From NCBI GenBank assembly GCA_964586685.1, contig CAZPGR010000006.1, positions 9,391-73,390 of the forward strand: a stretch of 64,000 nt of DNA, in the 5' to 3' direction. How positions within the stretch are numbered: position 1 is the first letter of the stretch; the number at the start of each line of letters is the position of its first letter. Positions 8,644-18,387 of the stretch are shown here, piece by piece. Below the pieces are notes generated by a model. That model ran no database searches and was not told the origin of the DNA. It saw only the letters and a program-made list of their open reading frames with translations. The stretch is from an uncultured Nitrosopumilaceae archaeon. Lineage in GTDB: Archaea > Thermoproteota > Nitrososphaeria > Nitrososphaerales > Nitrosopumilaceae. The position numbers and the translations under genes were made by a program.

Positions 8644-8705
8644 GTACTAGACTAGAAAAAATCAAAACCTAACTTTTTTAACGGTTGTCATCATTGTAAT
8701 TTAAA

Positions 8706-10112
8706 GTGACCAAACCAAAACGTGCAGAATCAAAACCAAAGACAAAGGATTCGACACACGATGTCATCAAGAAAATGTCTTCAATTTCAGATGCCACCAA
8801 GATTTTAGCGTCTGAAGTAAAAACAATGTCAAAGATATTTGTGGAAAATCAAAAGATATTGATCTCCATGAAAGACATGATATCATCAGTAAACTCGTCA
8901 CTAGATCAGATTCAGAAAAATTCACGACAGATAAGCATAATCGAAGAAGATACACAACGATTGTTTTCCGGAATGAGCCAGGTCAAGGCACATTCCAATT
9001 TGATAGACAAGATAAACAATCAGATAAGCAGGCTCCAGGACCACGTAGAAAAAATTCGCGACAAACAAGATTCCATGCCAGACACTAACAAAATAATGCA
9101 AAGCATCGCAGACAATTTGGATTCAACCAGAAATAACACCAAGATGATAATGCACGTATCAGAAAAGACAGAAAAGATACGAGAAGAGATCAAGCACGCT
9201 GCAAGCAATTCAGAACCACTTGCTAATCTCAGCAACGAGATATCAGAGCTAAGAAAGAGTACAAGCGAGATAGCAGCAAAAACAGAATCACTTGCAAACC
9301 TACACAAAGAGATCGAAGAGGTCAGACAAGATACAAGAGAGATATCCTCAAAGGCTGAGAAAATGTCAGGACTGGAACAGAGCATATCCAGCCTCAAGGG
9401 CGAGATAGGAGACATCATAACAAAAACAGACGCCATGTCTAGCATGAATGCACAGATAAGAAACGTGGGTCTTGAGATTGATTCTCTCATCAAAAAGACA
9501 GATTCCCTGTCTTCACTTGGCAATGATATTAGAAACATCAATTCCGAGTTTACCATTTTCAAGGAAAGTATGATTGGAAAGAGCCAGAACCTGGATGAGA
9601 AAATATCTGACTTTGCAGAGTTGCTAAACAAAAACTCGGCATCAATATCAGAGTTTAACAAAAAGACATACGAGATTTCACAGCAGTTACAGGATATTCG
9701 TGGTATAACTCACAAGACATCCCAGAATACATCGCATGAGGTCATGGGTTTGCTTCGTCTATCAGAATTCCAGTCAAACATCAGGATGCGCTCAGAGTCA
9801 AAGTATGGCACACTAGAAGATATTGAAAAGATGACAGCTCAAACAAAGGACATGGTAAACTTGTTTGACAAAATTTCAATCGAGGTTGAAACAAAGATGC
9901 CATTGCCAATCGAGGTAAGACAGTGGAGCATATCAAAGATTCTAGATTGTGCAGACAAGTGGGAGATAAGATTTACAGATGTATTCAGACTATTGATCAC
10001 AGAGCTTGGTTCAGACATTGTAAAAGAATCAATTAGAATGGAACAGGTCCGGGATCTTTTTGGAATACGAGCAATTGACGAAATAAGACGCGAACTAAAT
10101 ATTACTTCTTAA
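8706..10112 (+). CDS. long coiled-coil protein with 24-residue internal repeats
   Basis: 468 aa, heptad-rich, no TM helix; 72-nt periodicity from 9210. Confidence 0.8.
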   Translation: MTKPKRAESKPKTKDSTHDVIKKMSSISDATKILASEVKTMSKIFVENQKILISMKDMISSVNSSLDQIQKNSRQISIIEEDTQRLFSGMSQVKAHSNLIDKINNQISRLQDHVEKIRDKQDSMPDTNKIMQSIADNLDSTRNNTKMIMHVSEKTEKIREEIKHAASNSEPLANLSNEISELRKSTSEIAAKTESLANLHKEIEEVRQDTREISSKAEKMSGLEQSISSLKGEIGDIITKTDAMSSMNAQIRNVGLEIDSLIKKTDSLSSLGNDIRNINSEFTIFKESMIGKSQNLDEKISDFAELLNKNSASISEFNKKTYEISQQLQDIRGITHKTSQNTSHEVMGLLRLSEFQSNIRMRSESKYGTLEDIEKMTAQTKDMVNLFDKISIEVETKMPLPIEVRQWSISKILDCADKWEIRFTDVFRLLITELGSDIVKESIRMEQVRDLFGIRAIDEIRRELNITS

Positions 10113-12127
10113 TCTTCTTCGTTTTTGTCAAGAGACTGTTTCTTTTTCTTCAAGAGAGCAAAGATTCCAATAATTACTGCAACCCATATGCTTCCAAACA
10201 ACATGTTTGAGATGCTGACATACATGTATGGCGTAGCGTCAAGCAAGTTAAAGACAATCGTGGTGGCCTGCGAGTGGATGTTTAGCATTCCAGTGTGAAA
10301 TGCTGCAGTGTCAGCAGATGTGGTTGAAATCTTGTCAAGTGTATCAGACATGGTGCTAAGATCTTTTTGCATCATTCCAAAATCAGTGTCCTGTGTTGGA
10401 AATATCCAAACTGGGTTTCCAGATTTTGGAAGGAGTTGCTGAACGGTCTTGATGTCATTTCCAATTGATTGAGGATCAGAAGTGGCCTGGATCCTAATCA
10501 AGAGTCCTCTAGACTGATCAAGTGGGTAAATTGTACTGCCATACTCCTCAAATGCCATAACCACACCGACCGCGATTAATGCAATAATTCCTGCCAATGC
10601 AGCTTTATAGTAATTGTTTGCCATTTTTTCTGCCTTTGATTCGACTCTACCTCTTGATTTGCCTTTTTTAAATGTTGAATGAGATATGCTAAGATATGCA
10701 ATGTACAAAAACCCAGCTACCTGAATTCCGATTATCGGTACAAAGACAGGATTATTAGAAAAAATTGCAACAAAGATGCCAACTATTCCATATACACCAA
10801 AAAATATCTCAAGAAGAGTAGTTTTTGTAAACGGTAAAGCATATGCCTTGTCTCTCCAATCGTCATCATTTTTTATTATTCCAAATTTTGGCGTACGTAA
10901 AAACTCGTTTCTTTTTCCAAAAAGTGCATCAAACACTGCCACAGTGTTATTGACAGACATGCCTGCAGAATAGATTATCAGATAAAAGTACGAAAGTGTC
11001 TTTGACCGCCATTTTTTTGCATACATTTGTTGGATAACTAGAATATATGCCACAGGCCCCATTGCCAAGTATGCAATTATTGTCAGTACCGGCAGTCCGC
11101 TTATCACGTAGAGATTTATTTTCGAGGCCAAAAGTATAGGTAAAATCAGAAACTGCGCCAGGACCATCGGGTGCACGACGTGTCGTGTCAGCTGCACAAA
11201 TGCCTGGACCTTGGTGTCAACAGGAATTTTCTTTATTGCAACTCCTCCAAGTAGTTTGATGGCACATTGAATCGAACCTTTTGCCCATCGAAATTGTTGT
11301 CTTTTTGCAGCATTCATCTGAACCGGAAGTTCTGCATCTACAACAATATCAGGAATAAAGACACACTTCCAGCCTTTCATCTGGGCCCGGTAGCTCAAGT
11401 CCAAGTCTTCTACCAGCGTGGCAGTGTGCCATCCACCAGAGTCATCGATGCATTGCTTTCTCCATATTCCAGCAGTGCCATTGAAACTCATAAAGAGGTG
11501 TGAGTTGCTTTTTGCCTTTTGTTCCACCAAGAAATGAAAGTCAAGGCTAAGGGCTTGTGCCTTGGTCAGTGGAGAATATTTTTCATTGACATGGCCCCAC
11601 CTGCATTGCACCAGGCCAATGTCAGGTGTACAAAAATAAGTCAGTGCTTTTTTAAGAAACCATGTAGGCGGAATAAAATCAGCGTCAAAGATTGCAATAA
11701 AGTCCCCCTTGGCAAACTTCATTGCATTTCGTAGAGCGCCTGCCTTGTACCCCTTCCTGTCATGTCTTCGTATATGCTGTATGTCAAAACCCTTGCCCTT
11801 GTATTCAGAGACTAGTTTCTCAAGTAGATCATATGTCTCATCAGTGGAATCATCAAGCACCTGAATGCACAACTTTTCTTTGGGATAATCAAGTGCACAG
11901 ACTGCATCTACCAATCTTGCGGCAACATATCTTTCGTTGTATATTGGAAGCTGGAGTGTAACAGTCGGCATTTCTTTTAGTTCTATTGATTTGCTTTTTT
12001 TCTGGTTACGTGATATTGCAACAAGATAATAGAAATTGCAAGTATAGAGCGTAATTATCATTGCAATTCCTATGAAAATATTCCAGAGAAATTGCGATAA
12101 AGTGTTAGGAAGAACGTGGGTCAGCAT
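10109..12127 (-). CDS. processive GT2 glycosyltransferase (cellulose synthase/CslA-like)
   Basis: QVLDDS, KAG, FDAD, VEDLD and QQFRW (QxxRW) motifs; multiple TM helices. Confidence 0.92.
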   Translation of the reverse strand: MLTHVLPNTLSQFLWNIFIGIAMIITLYTCNFYYLVAISRNQKKSKSIELKEMPTVTLQLPIYNERYVAARLVDAVCALDYPKEKLCIQVLDDSTDETYDLLEKLVSEYKGKGFDIQHIRRHDRKGYKAGALRNAMKFAKGDFIAIFDADFIPPTWFLKKALTYFCTPDIGLVQCRWGHVNEKYSPLTKAQALSLDFHFLVEQKAKSNSHLFMSFNGTAGIWRKQCIDDSGGWHTATLVEDLDLSYRAQMKGWKCVFIPDIVVDAELPVQMNAAKRQQFRWAKGSIQCAIKLLGGVAIKKIPVDTKVQAFVQLTRHVVHPMVLAQFLILPILLASKINLYVISGLPVLTIIAYLAMGPVAYILVIQQMYAKKWRSKTLSYFYLIIYSAGMSVNNTVAVFDALFGKRNEFLRTPKFGIIKNDDDWRDKAYALPFTKTTLLEIFFGVYGIVGIFVAIFSNNPVFVPIIGIQVAGFLYIAYLSISHSTFKKGKSRGRVESKAEKMANNYYKAALAGIIALIAVGVVMAFEEYGSTIYPLDQSRGLLIRIQATSDPQSIGNDIKTVQQLLPKSGNPVWIFPTQDTDFGMMQKDLSTMSDTLDKISTTSADTAAFHTGMLNIHSQATTIVFNLLDATPYMYVSISNMLFGSIWVAVIIGIFALLKKKKQSLDKNEED

Positions 12128-12180
12128 TTAGAGTTTTTCAACTCTAAAGTCTTTATAGTCTTACCGCTGGAAAATTTTTC

Positions 12181-13134
12181 TTAACCCTTCTTTGATATCT
12201 TGATTGCCTGCACTGGACATACGTTTTCACAAGCCAGGCAAAATATGCAATCAGGTTCTCGTGCCATCAATGGTTTCTTGTCAGAAGCTGGATTACCTGC
12301 AAATTCAGCCCACTCGTAAACTTTTACAGGACATGCATCAATGCATGCACCGTCACCTACACAGATATCGTAATCAACGGATACAAACTCTCCCCAGATT
12401 CCAAGGATCTCATTTCCTTTTCTGTGGCCGAATACTTTGATTTTGTGACTTGATGGAGCAGTGAAAGTCTCGACAACCTTGAGCTTTGATTTAAAGTCAA
12501 CATCGATTGGACCTGGCTTTGCTCCAGATGGTGTCTCTGGCTCTGCCTCTTGTGCTGCTTGTTGTCCAGGCGGAGGAGCTGCAGGCTTTGGTTTTGGTTT
12601 TGCGTTTGCAACTATCTGAGCTAACGGTGTCATCTCTTCTAGTTCCTTTAGTGCTTGCTCTGGTGTCAATTGTTTTGTCTTGACTTCGTGTTCAACCATC
12701 TTATCAGCAAGTACACTGTTTCGCAAAATTGTATCAATTATCATCTTTGCATTAGCATCTGCTTTTCTTCTGTAATCTTTAACCCATAATCCATCACCAT
12801 ATTTTTCAACTGGATAAATCTGGTAGATCATGTCTACGACCTCGCCAGTTACAATCTCAACTTGAACTTCAAGATCTATTGACTTGTATCCACTATCATC
12901 TGGGTCTGCCATATTTTCTTCTTTCCAGCGATATGTTGCGTAAATCCTGTCAGCGAACTTGTCCATTTCAAAAACTTTCTTGAAACCGGTAACAATGGAA
13001 TCAATTTCATAAGTGTCTTCAAGTTTTACTGGAAGACGATAAAGACCAAGCTTGTAACTATGTAAAGGATAGACTCCTCTTTTTGATGTAGCAGATTGAA
13101 CTGTATACACTTTATCCTTTAGCAGGAGTGACAT
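12181..13134 (-). CDS. ferredoxin-domain fusion protein (C-terminal Zfx-type dicluster ferredoxin)
   Basis: CVGDGACIDACP and CIFCLACENVCP; about 180-aa N-terminal domain and a Pro/Ala/Gln linker. Confidence 0.88.
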   Translation of the reverse strand: MSLLLKDKVYTVQSATSKRGVYPLHSYKLGLYRLPVKLEDTYEIDSIVTGFKKVFEMDKFADRIYATYRWKEENMADPDDSGYKSIDLEVQVEIVTGEVVDMIYQIYPVEKYGDGLWVKDYRRKADANAKMIIDTILRNSVLADKMVEHEVKTKQLTPEQALKELEEMTPLAQIVANAKPKPKPAAPPPGQQAAQEAEPETPSGAKPGPIDVDFKSKLKVVETFTAPSSHKIKVFGHRKGNEILGIWGEFVSVDYDICVGDGACIDACPVKVYEWAEFAGNPASDKKPLMAREPDCIFCLACENVCPVQAIKISKKG

Positions 13135-13172
13135 CTGACTGGTATAATGAAAAAAGAGTTTAAAAATGCTTC

Positions 13173-13505
13173 TTAATAATCAGGGCAAGTCTCTTCTCGG
13201 ATCTTTCTGTATCTTTGCTCCATCTCTGTTGCATGTTCCAGAACCTTATCAAATCCATACTTGTCCTTTGGAAAATACCACCTAATGCCCACCTTGTGGC
13301 CAATTCCATCCATGTCGTATATCATGCCTTTATCAGAATTTATACCATATTTTTCGTCAAGCGATCTTTCTTGCACAGTAAGACCGCGCTTGGTCTTGTC
13401 TTCCATTATGATAAAAATTGGATCGTCTAGTATTGCGTAGAATATACCTTTTTTTAGAATGGGTAGCTCTGGATTAGTTTCGTTATTTTTCGATTGGGTT
13501 TCCAA
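13173..13505 (-). CDS. hypothetical protein
   Basis: 110-aa ORF overlapping the 3' end of the sulfurtransferase. Confidence 0.7.
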   Translation of the reverse strand: METQSKNNETNPELPILKKGIFYAILDDPIFIIMEDKTKRGLTVQERSLDEKYGINSDKGMIYDMDGIGHKVGIRWYFPKDKYGFDKVLEHATEMEQRYRKIREETCPDY

Positions 13506-14322
13506 TCATATTACCCCATTCAGTCCAGGAACCGTCATAGTTTCTAACTTGAGGATACCCAAGTAGGTATTTCAAGACAAACCAAGTGTGAGAAGATCGT
13601 TCCCCGATTCTACAATAACATATGACATCTTTGTCAGGTGTAACTCCTTTTGCTTCATAAATTTTCTTGAGATCTTCTACGGACTTGAAAGTGCCATCAA
13701 TGTCATTGACAGCGCTTGCCCAAGGAATGTTGTTTGCATTTGGAATGTGTCCACCTCTCTGGGCGTGTTCCATTGGATATTCTGCTGGAGCAGTTATCTC
13801 TCCTGAGAATTCTTTTGGTGAACGTACATCAACTAGAACAGTATCTCTCTTATCCAGTGCTCTTCTTACATCAAACAAGTATGCACGCAGTCCTTCGTTT
13901 GGAGGTTGTGCAACATAGTTTGTTTTCTGGATCGATGGCTCGTCCTTTGTATAGGATCTGTTTTCAATCTCCCATTTTTTTCTGCCACCGTTCATTATCT
14001 TTACATTTTCATGTCCATAATACTTGAATATCCAAAATACAAAGGCTGCAAACCAATTGTTAAAGTCACCATACAAGACAACTTCAGATTGTGGAGTTAT
14101 CCCATTTCTGGATAGAAGGTCTTCAAATTGCGACTTGCTGATGATGTCTCTTGTTATAGGATCATTGATGTCTCGCTTCCACCATATCAGACTGGCTCCT
14201 TGTAGGTGGCCTTGTCTGTAGGCATTTTCAGGATCATAATCCACTTCAACAATTTTCAATGATTTACCAAGATTGTTTGCAACAGTTTGTGTGTCTACTA
14301 AAACTTGTTGTGCATAACTCAT
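13483..14322 (-). CDS. tandem-domain rhodanese (thiosulfate sulfurtransferase)
   Basis: Active-site CRIGERS, GHIPNA and YDGSWTEW motifs. Confidence 0.95.
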   Translation of the reverse strand: MSYAQQVLVDTQTVANNLGKSLKIVEVDYDPENAYRQGHLQGASLIWWKRDINDPITRDIISKSQFEDLLSRNGITPQSEVVLYGDFNNWFAAFVFWIFKYYGHENVKIMNGGRKKWEIENRSYTKDEPSIQKTNYVAQPPNEGLRAYLFDVRRALDKRDTVLVDVRSPKEFSGEITAPAEYPMEHAQRGGHIPNANNIPWASAVNDIDGTFKSVEDLKKIYEAKGVTPDKDVICYCRIGERSSHTWFVLKYLLGYPQVRNYDGSWTEWGNMIGNPIEK

Positions 14323-14411
14323 TTTGTCTCTATTGTTCTACACTAGGACGGTTCTTAATATTTTATACCCATCATATGCTTTTTAAGTCAAATTAGAATT
14401 GGTAATCTAGA

Positions 14412-15227
14412 TTGGAACTTCACAACGTTGCCCTTGTTAGCAAAGTCGGTTCAAAGGAATCAGAAGACGCAGTAAAAAAAGTTGCCAAAAAATTACTTGC
14501 AAAAAAAGCAAAGGTGTACACTGTTTCACCTGTAGAGGTGGACGGTGCCAAAAAAGTTAATGATTTAGAAGATCTCAAGGCCACAAAACTTGACTTGACA
14601 ATAACTCTAGGAGGAGATGGAACAACCCTACGAACTTTTAGATATCTAGAAAACGAAGTCCCAAATCTTGCAATAAACGTAGGCGGGAACAGGGGAATAT
14701 TATCAGAGATAACATTGCCCGAGATTGATACTGCAATTGATCAAATAATTGCAGACAGGATCTTCTTTGACAAGAGAACTAGAGTTGTTGCCTCTTGTGG
14801 AGGACAAGATTTTCCACCAGCGTTAAATGAAATTTACATCAATAGAGAAAATTTGACCAAGACCTCGTTGTTTGAGATTAAATTCCAAAGTGATACAGTA
14901 ACGCAGAAAATGGATGGAGTAATTGTTGCAACTCCAAGTGGTTCAACCGGTCACTCGTATTCTCTAGGAGGTCCAATTCTTCATGAAAGTCTTGATGTTC
15001 TCATCATAACACCTGTTGCACCTGTCAACAAGTTGCCATCAATTGTAGTTCCTGATGAGAAAATTGAGATCATAAGCAACCATGATTCCAATATCATCAT
15101 GGATGCACAGGTGATCAAGACTGCCAGGTTTGATGAAGTAATAACCATAAGAAAATACAAAAAGCATGCAGTCTTTGTAAGACTAAAAAAACAAGGTTTG
15201 AGACAGATGAGCAAGCTTGGTTTCTAG
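14412..15227 (+). CDS. nadK: NAD kinase
   Basis: GGDGT, ALNE and DG...ATPSGSTGHSYSLGGP motifs. Confidence 0.95.
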   Translation: MELHNVALVSKVGSKESEDAVKKVAKKLLAKKAKVYTVSPVEVDGAKKVNDLEDLKATKLDLTITLGGDGTTLRTFRYLENEVPNLAINVGGNRGILSEITLPEIDTAIDQIIADRIFFDKRTRVVASCGGQDFPPALNEIYINRENLTKTSLFEIKFQSDTVTQKMDGVIVATPSGSTGHSYSLGGPILHESLDVLIITPVAPVNKLPSIVVPDEKIEIISNHDSNIIMDAQVIKTARFDEVITIRKYKKHAVFVRLKKQGLRQMSKLGF

Positions 15228-15732
15228 AGTCTTAGATGCAACATCATTTTATGCAGGAGTGCCATTTTCTTCACAAGAAAAAAGTTTTACAACTCCACTA
15301 GTCTTTGAAGAAATAAAACACATCAAACAAAGTCATGGTGCAGTACAGACACTCATTGATTTGGGCAGATTAAACATAATCGAGCCAGAAAAAAAATTCA
15401 CAGATATTGTTTTAGAAAAGGCAAGCAAGACAGGCGATCTTCCAAGCTTATCAAAAGAGGATGTATCAGTGCTGGCATTATGTATCCAGTTAGATGGTGA
15501 ATTGGTAACAGATGATTATACGGTATCAAATGTTGCAAAACATCTGAGTCTGAGAGTCATTCCAATAATGACCAAGGGAATATCCAAAGTTCTAGACAGT
15601 GTCTATTTTTGTCCTGCCTGCAACAAGGTTTTAAAAAAAATGTCAAGCTGTCCTATATGTGGAAGCAAGCTAAAGAAAAAGTCAGCCGAGAGGAAACCTT
15701 CCAACCCAGCCCACAAAAGAGCCGTTGTATAG
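15217..15732 (+). CDS. nob1: Nob1 PIN-domain endoribonuclease with zinc ribbon
   Basis: VLDATSF, TGD...LSKED, TDDY, CPAC...CPICG. Confidence 0.9.
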   Translation: MVSRVLDATSFYAGVPFSSQEKSFTTPLVFEEIKHIKQSHGAVQTLIDLGRLNIIEPEKKFTDIVLEKASKTGDLPSLSKEDVSVLALCIQLDGELVTDDYTVSNVAKHLSLRVIPIMTKGISKVLDSVYFCPACNKVLKKMSSCPICGSKLKKKSAERKPSNPAHKRAVV

Positions 15733-15851
15733 CTTTTACGTTTTCACATTATATCATAAAACCCTTGAGAGGTTTTGTTCTGTATAATTGGCGATTGGTC
15801 TTCTTCATATTCAAAATCGATTTATGATTTAAAAAAAATTAAGATAGAAGG

Positions 15852-16070
15852 TTATTTCGATTCAAATCCTTCTCTATGTATCCAATAGTAGGATACTTTG
15901 TCTGAATCAATCCAATATGTCTCGCTAGAAGCATCAACAATGATCTCTTTTGTAGAATCGTCAAATTTGACATTGTGTTTGTGCAATTCTATTTGTTGTC
16001 CATTGTCAGTTTTTATCATTACCTCACCGTTCTTTTCTAGACATGACTTTAGGGCTTGATAATTTACCAT
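15852..16070 (-). CDS. hypothetical protein
   Basis: 72-aa beta-rich ORF. Confidence 0.65.
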   Translation of the reverse strand: MVNYQALKSCLEKNGEVMIKTDNGQQIELHKHNVKFDDSTKEIIVDASSETYWIDSDKVSYYWIHREGFESK

Positions 16071-16238
16071 GAATGATTTATTGCTCGATCATATATCATG
16101 TAACTGTAAATTATCAATCATGATTCTCAGATACTGTACTAGTATTTTCAATCAAGGTTCCCAGTCCTGTAAGACTCGCTACAAAACTACTTTCCTTAAT
16201 TTTTTATTACAAATAATTGTGATCTATCTAAAAGATGA

Positions 16239-16412
16239 TTATAATTTAGAAACATCTCTTTCTATTTTTTTGCCTTCTTTGTCTACAAAGTAGTAGGTAT
16301 CATGGCCATCATTTTCAAAATGTAATGTGAAGCTCTCATCTAAATCGTCTAATGTATCGCCTCGGACTTGAAATCCACATTCGGCACAAATTCCTCTCAT
16401 GTCCCTAGTCAT
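16239..16412 (-). CDS. small CxxC...H...H metal-binding protein (DUF1059-like; not in the ORF track)
   Basis: Hand translation (MTRD)MRGICAECGFQVRGDTLDDLDESFTLHFENDGHDTYYFVDKEGKKIERDVSKL. Confidence 0.65.
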   Translation of the reverse strand: MTRDMRGICAECGFQVRGDTLDDLDESFTLHFENDGHDTYYFVDKEGKKIERDVSKL

Positions 16413-16544
16413 ATTACTTTTTTATTTTATCATTTCTTACTATTAAACAGATTGAGATGTTATTTGACTACATTTGTGCCTAATTCTAATTCCCTCCAAA
16501 GTTTTAATCACCATCTTCTCACACATAGCTAAGGGTGTTCAAGG

Positions 16545-17183
16545 GTGATCAAGACTTCAAAGCGTGTAGCTGAAATGTTACTTGACATAAAGGCAGTAAC
16601 TTTTAGTTTTACAAAACCTTACTTGTACACTTTTGTTTCAGGCATCAAAGGACCCATGTATTGTGATAATAGACGATTGATAAGCTATCCAAATAAGAGA
16701 CGAGTGATTGTGGGCAACGTCGTCAAGATTGCTAAAAAACTAGATTTTGATATCGTCGGAGGGGTATCAACTGCAGGGATTCCATGGGCTGCACTAATTG
16801 CTGAGCGACTCAACAAGCCCATGATATACATCAGACCAGAAGCTAAAGGTTATGGTAAAAAAAGACAGATAGAGGGAGATATGAAAAAGTGCGATAGAGT
16901 TTTAGTAATTGAAGATCTTGTAAGTACTGGCAGTAGTGCTATATCCGCAATCAAGGCGGTTAGAAGAAATGGAGGGAAGGTAAGTGATTGCATATTTATT
17001 TTCACCTACGATCTTGATGCTGCAAAGAAGAATTTTCAGAGAATCAGATGCAAAATGCATCCCTTGCTCATATTTTCTGACCTAATTGAAGTTGCAGTGA
17101 AAAGAAATTACATCAGCAAGAAAGAAAAAGAAGAACTGCTGAAATGGCATAAAGATCCCAAAAAATATTGGACATCAATTTGA
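16545..17183 (+). CDS. pyrE: orotate phosphoribosyltransferase
   Basis: SGIKGPMYCDNR, RPEAKGYG and PRPP motif VLVIEDLVSTGSS. Confidence 0.93.
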   Translation: MIKTSKRVAEMLLDIKAVTFSFTKPYLYTFVSGIKGPMYCDNRRLISYPNKRRVIVGNVVKIAKKLDFDIVGGVSTAGIPWAALIAERLNKPMIYIRPEAKGYGKKRQIEGDMKKCDRVLVIEDLVSTGSSAISAIKAVRRNGGKVSDCIFIFTYDLDAAKKNFQRIRCKMHPLLIFSDLIEVAVKRNYISKKEKEELLKWHKDPKKYWTSI

Positions 17184-17602
17184 TCTGGTAATTGTAAACC
17201 TTGATTGGAAGTAATTTCAGGGCCTAGACTCACTGAAGAATAGAGTTCCGCATGGCTCACTATCTTCTACTTCCTGTAAAACTTCCACTTGCGCAGCTCT
17301 CATCATAGCATTCGTTGAAAGTTCCATGTATCAGATCTGTAGTAAAATATCCCTTTGCATGGCAATTTCATGATTGTCAACGATTTTCAGATTATTTAAT
17401 AATCTCATACAGTTTCCAGTGTTGATAATGATCAAGTTTTGAAGGAGTTTAACACATGTAGGTGTGAATCCCATAAGATTCGAACTCCCACAGGTCTGAA
17501 CTCAATTGAATCTTATCAGTATAGCATCGCTAGCCAATTAATGACTTATTTTTTGAAACTATCACATTCAGATTATAGATTAGAAATAAAAAATGAAATG
17601 AA

Positions 17603-18067
17603 TTAATGTACTATTGTTACAGGGCAGATCGCATTTTCCAATACATGTCTACTGACACTTCCAAGAACTTTTAATTTCTTGATCCCTCGAAGCCCTTGAC
17701 TACCCATAATAATAAGATCCACATCTTTTTTCTTTGCAAAATCCAATATTGCCTTTGCAGGACCTATAGCGGGAACCACTTTGTAGTCTGCTTCAACGCC
17801 TCTTTTTTTACAGTATTCAACATTTTCTTGCATTATGCTATTTGCTCTGTCGTACATTTCTTTCACATATTTGTTGATTGCTTTGTTGACGCCACCTCTA
17901 ACTACACCTGAAATCACTACAGCAGTAGGTTCTAGTTTAGGAGAATTTACCGCCATCATAAGATGTAATTGTGCGTCAAAGATCTTAGATGTTTTAATTG
18001 CTTCATCCAAGGCTCTTTTCGAATACTTGGATCCATCAAATGGAACAAGTATACTTTTCGTATCCAT
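17603..18067 (-). CDS. universal stress protein (UspA family)
   Basis: ILVPFDGS, DLIIMGSQG, LGSVS...CPVTIV motifs. Confidence 0.95.
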   Translation of the reverse strand: MDTKSILVPFDGSKYSKRALDEAIKTSKIFDAQLHLMMAVNSPKLEPTAVVISGVVRGGVNKAINKYVKEMYDRANSIMQENVEYCKKRGVEADYKVVPAIGPAKAILDFAKKKDVDLIIMGSQGLRGIKKLKVLGSVSRHVLENAICPVTIVH

Positions 18068-18210
18068 GGCCTATTGTAGTCAATTTGATTATAATACCAT
18101 TCTAAGAATATCAGAATTGAAAATCACATGATTATCCAGTGCAAATATCTTAAAATCAGATTTGATAATCTAGTACCATATATTTATCATAAAAACAACA
18201 TCAATAATCC

Positions 18211-18387
18211 ATGACAACAATCAAGTCAAAACATACAAGTGTAATACTTGGCGTTCTAACTTTGGTTGCTATTGCAACTGTTGCTCCACATGCTTTTGCA
18301 CAACAGAATGGAATTCCTCTTGGGCAATCATATGGTAGCAATTCAGTCATATCAACAATAGATTTGGTACGCCATTTATTGCCATAA
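18211..18387 (+). pseudogene. truncated 5' fragment of a secreted protein
   Basis: Signal peptide MTTIKSKHTSVILGVLTLVAIATVAPHAFA, then read-through out of frame into the permease remnant. Confidence 0.5.

Noticed and set aside
8540..8645. Several hairpins and an alternative GGTTTAGT/ACTAAACC pairing suggesting a riboswitch or attenuator
   Set aside because: It matches no riboswitch consensus I know, and a C2H2 microprotein ORF explains the region better. RNA structure is not formally excluded.
8706..10112. Methyl-accepting chemotaxis protein or SMC call
   Set aside because: There is no MCP hairpin motif, TM helix or Walker motif
17461..17492. GAGTTCGAATCT T-loop-like sequence on the minus strand
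   Set aside because: The stem pairs poorly and no other tRNA arm is present
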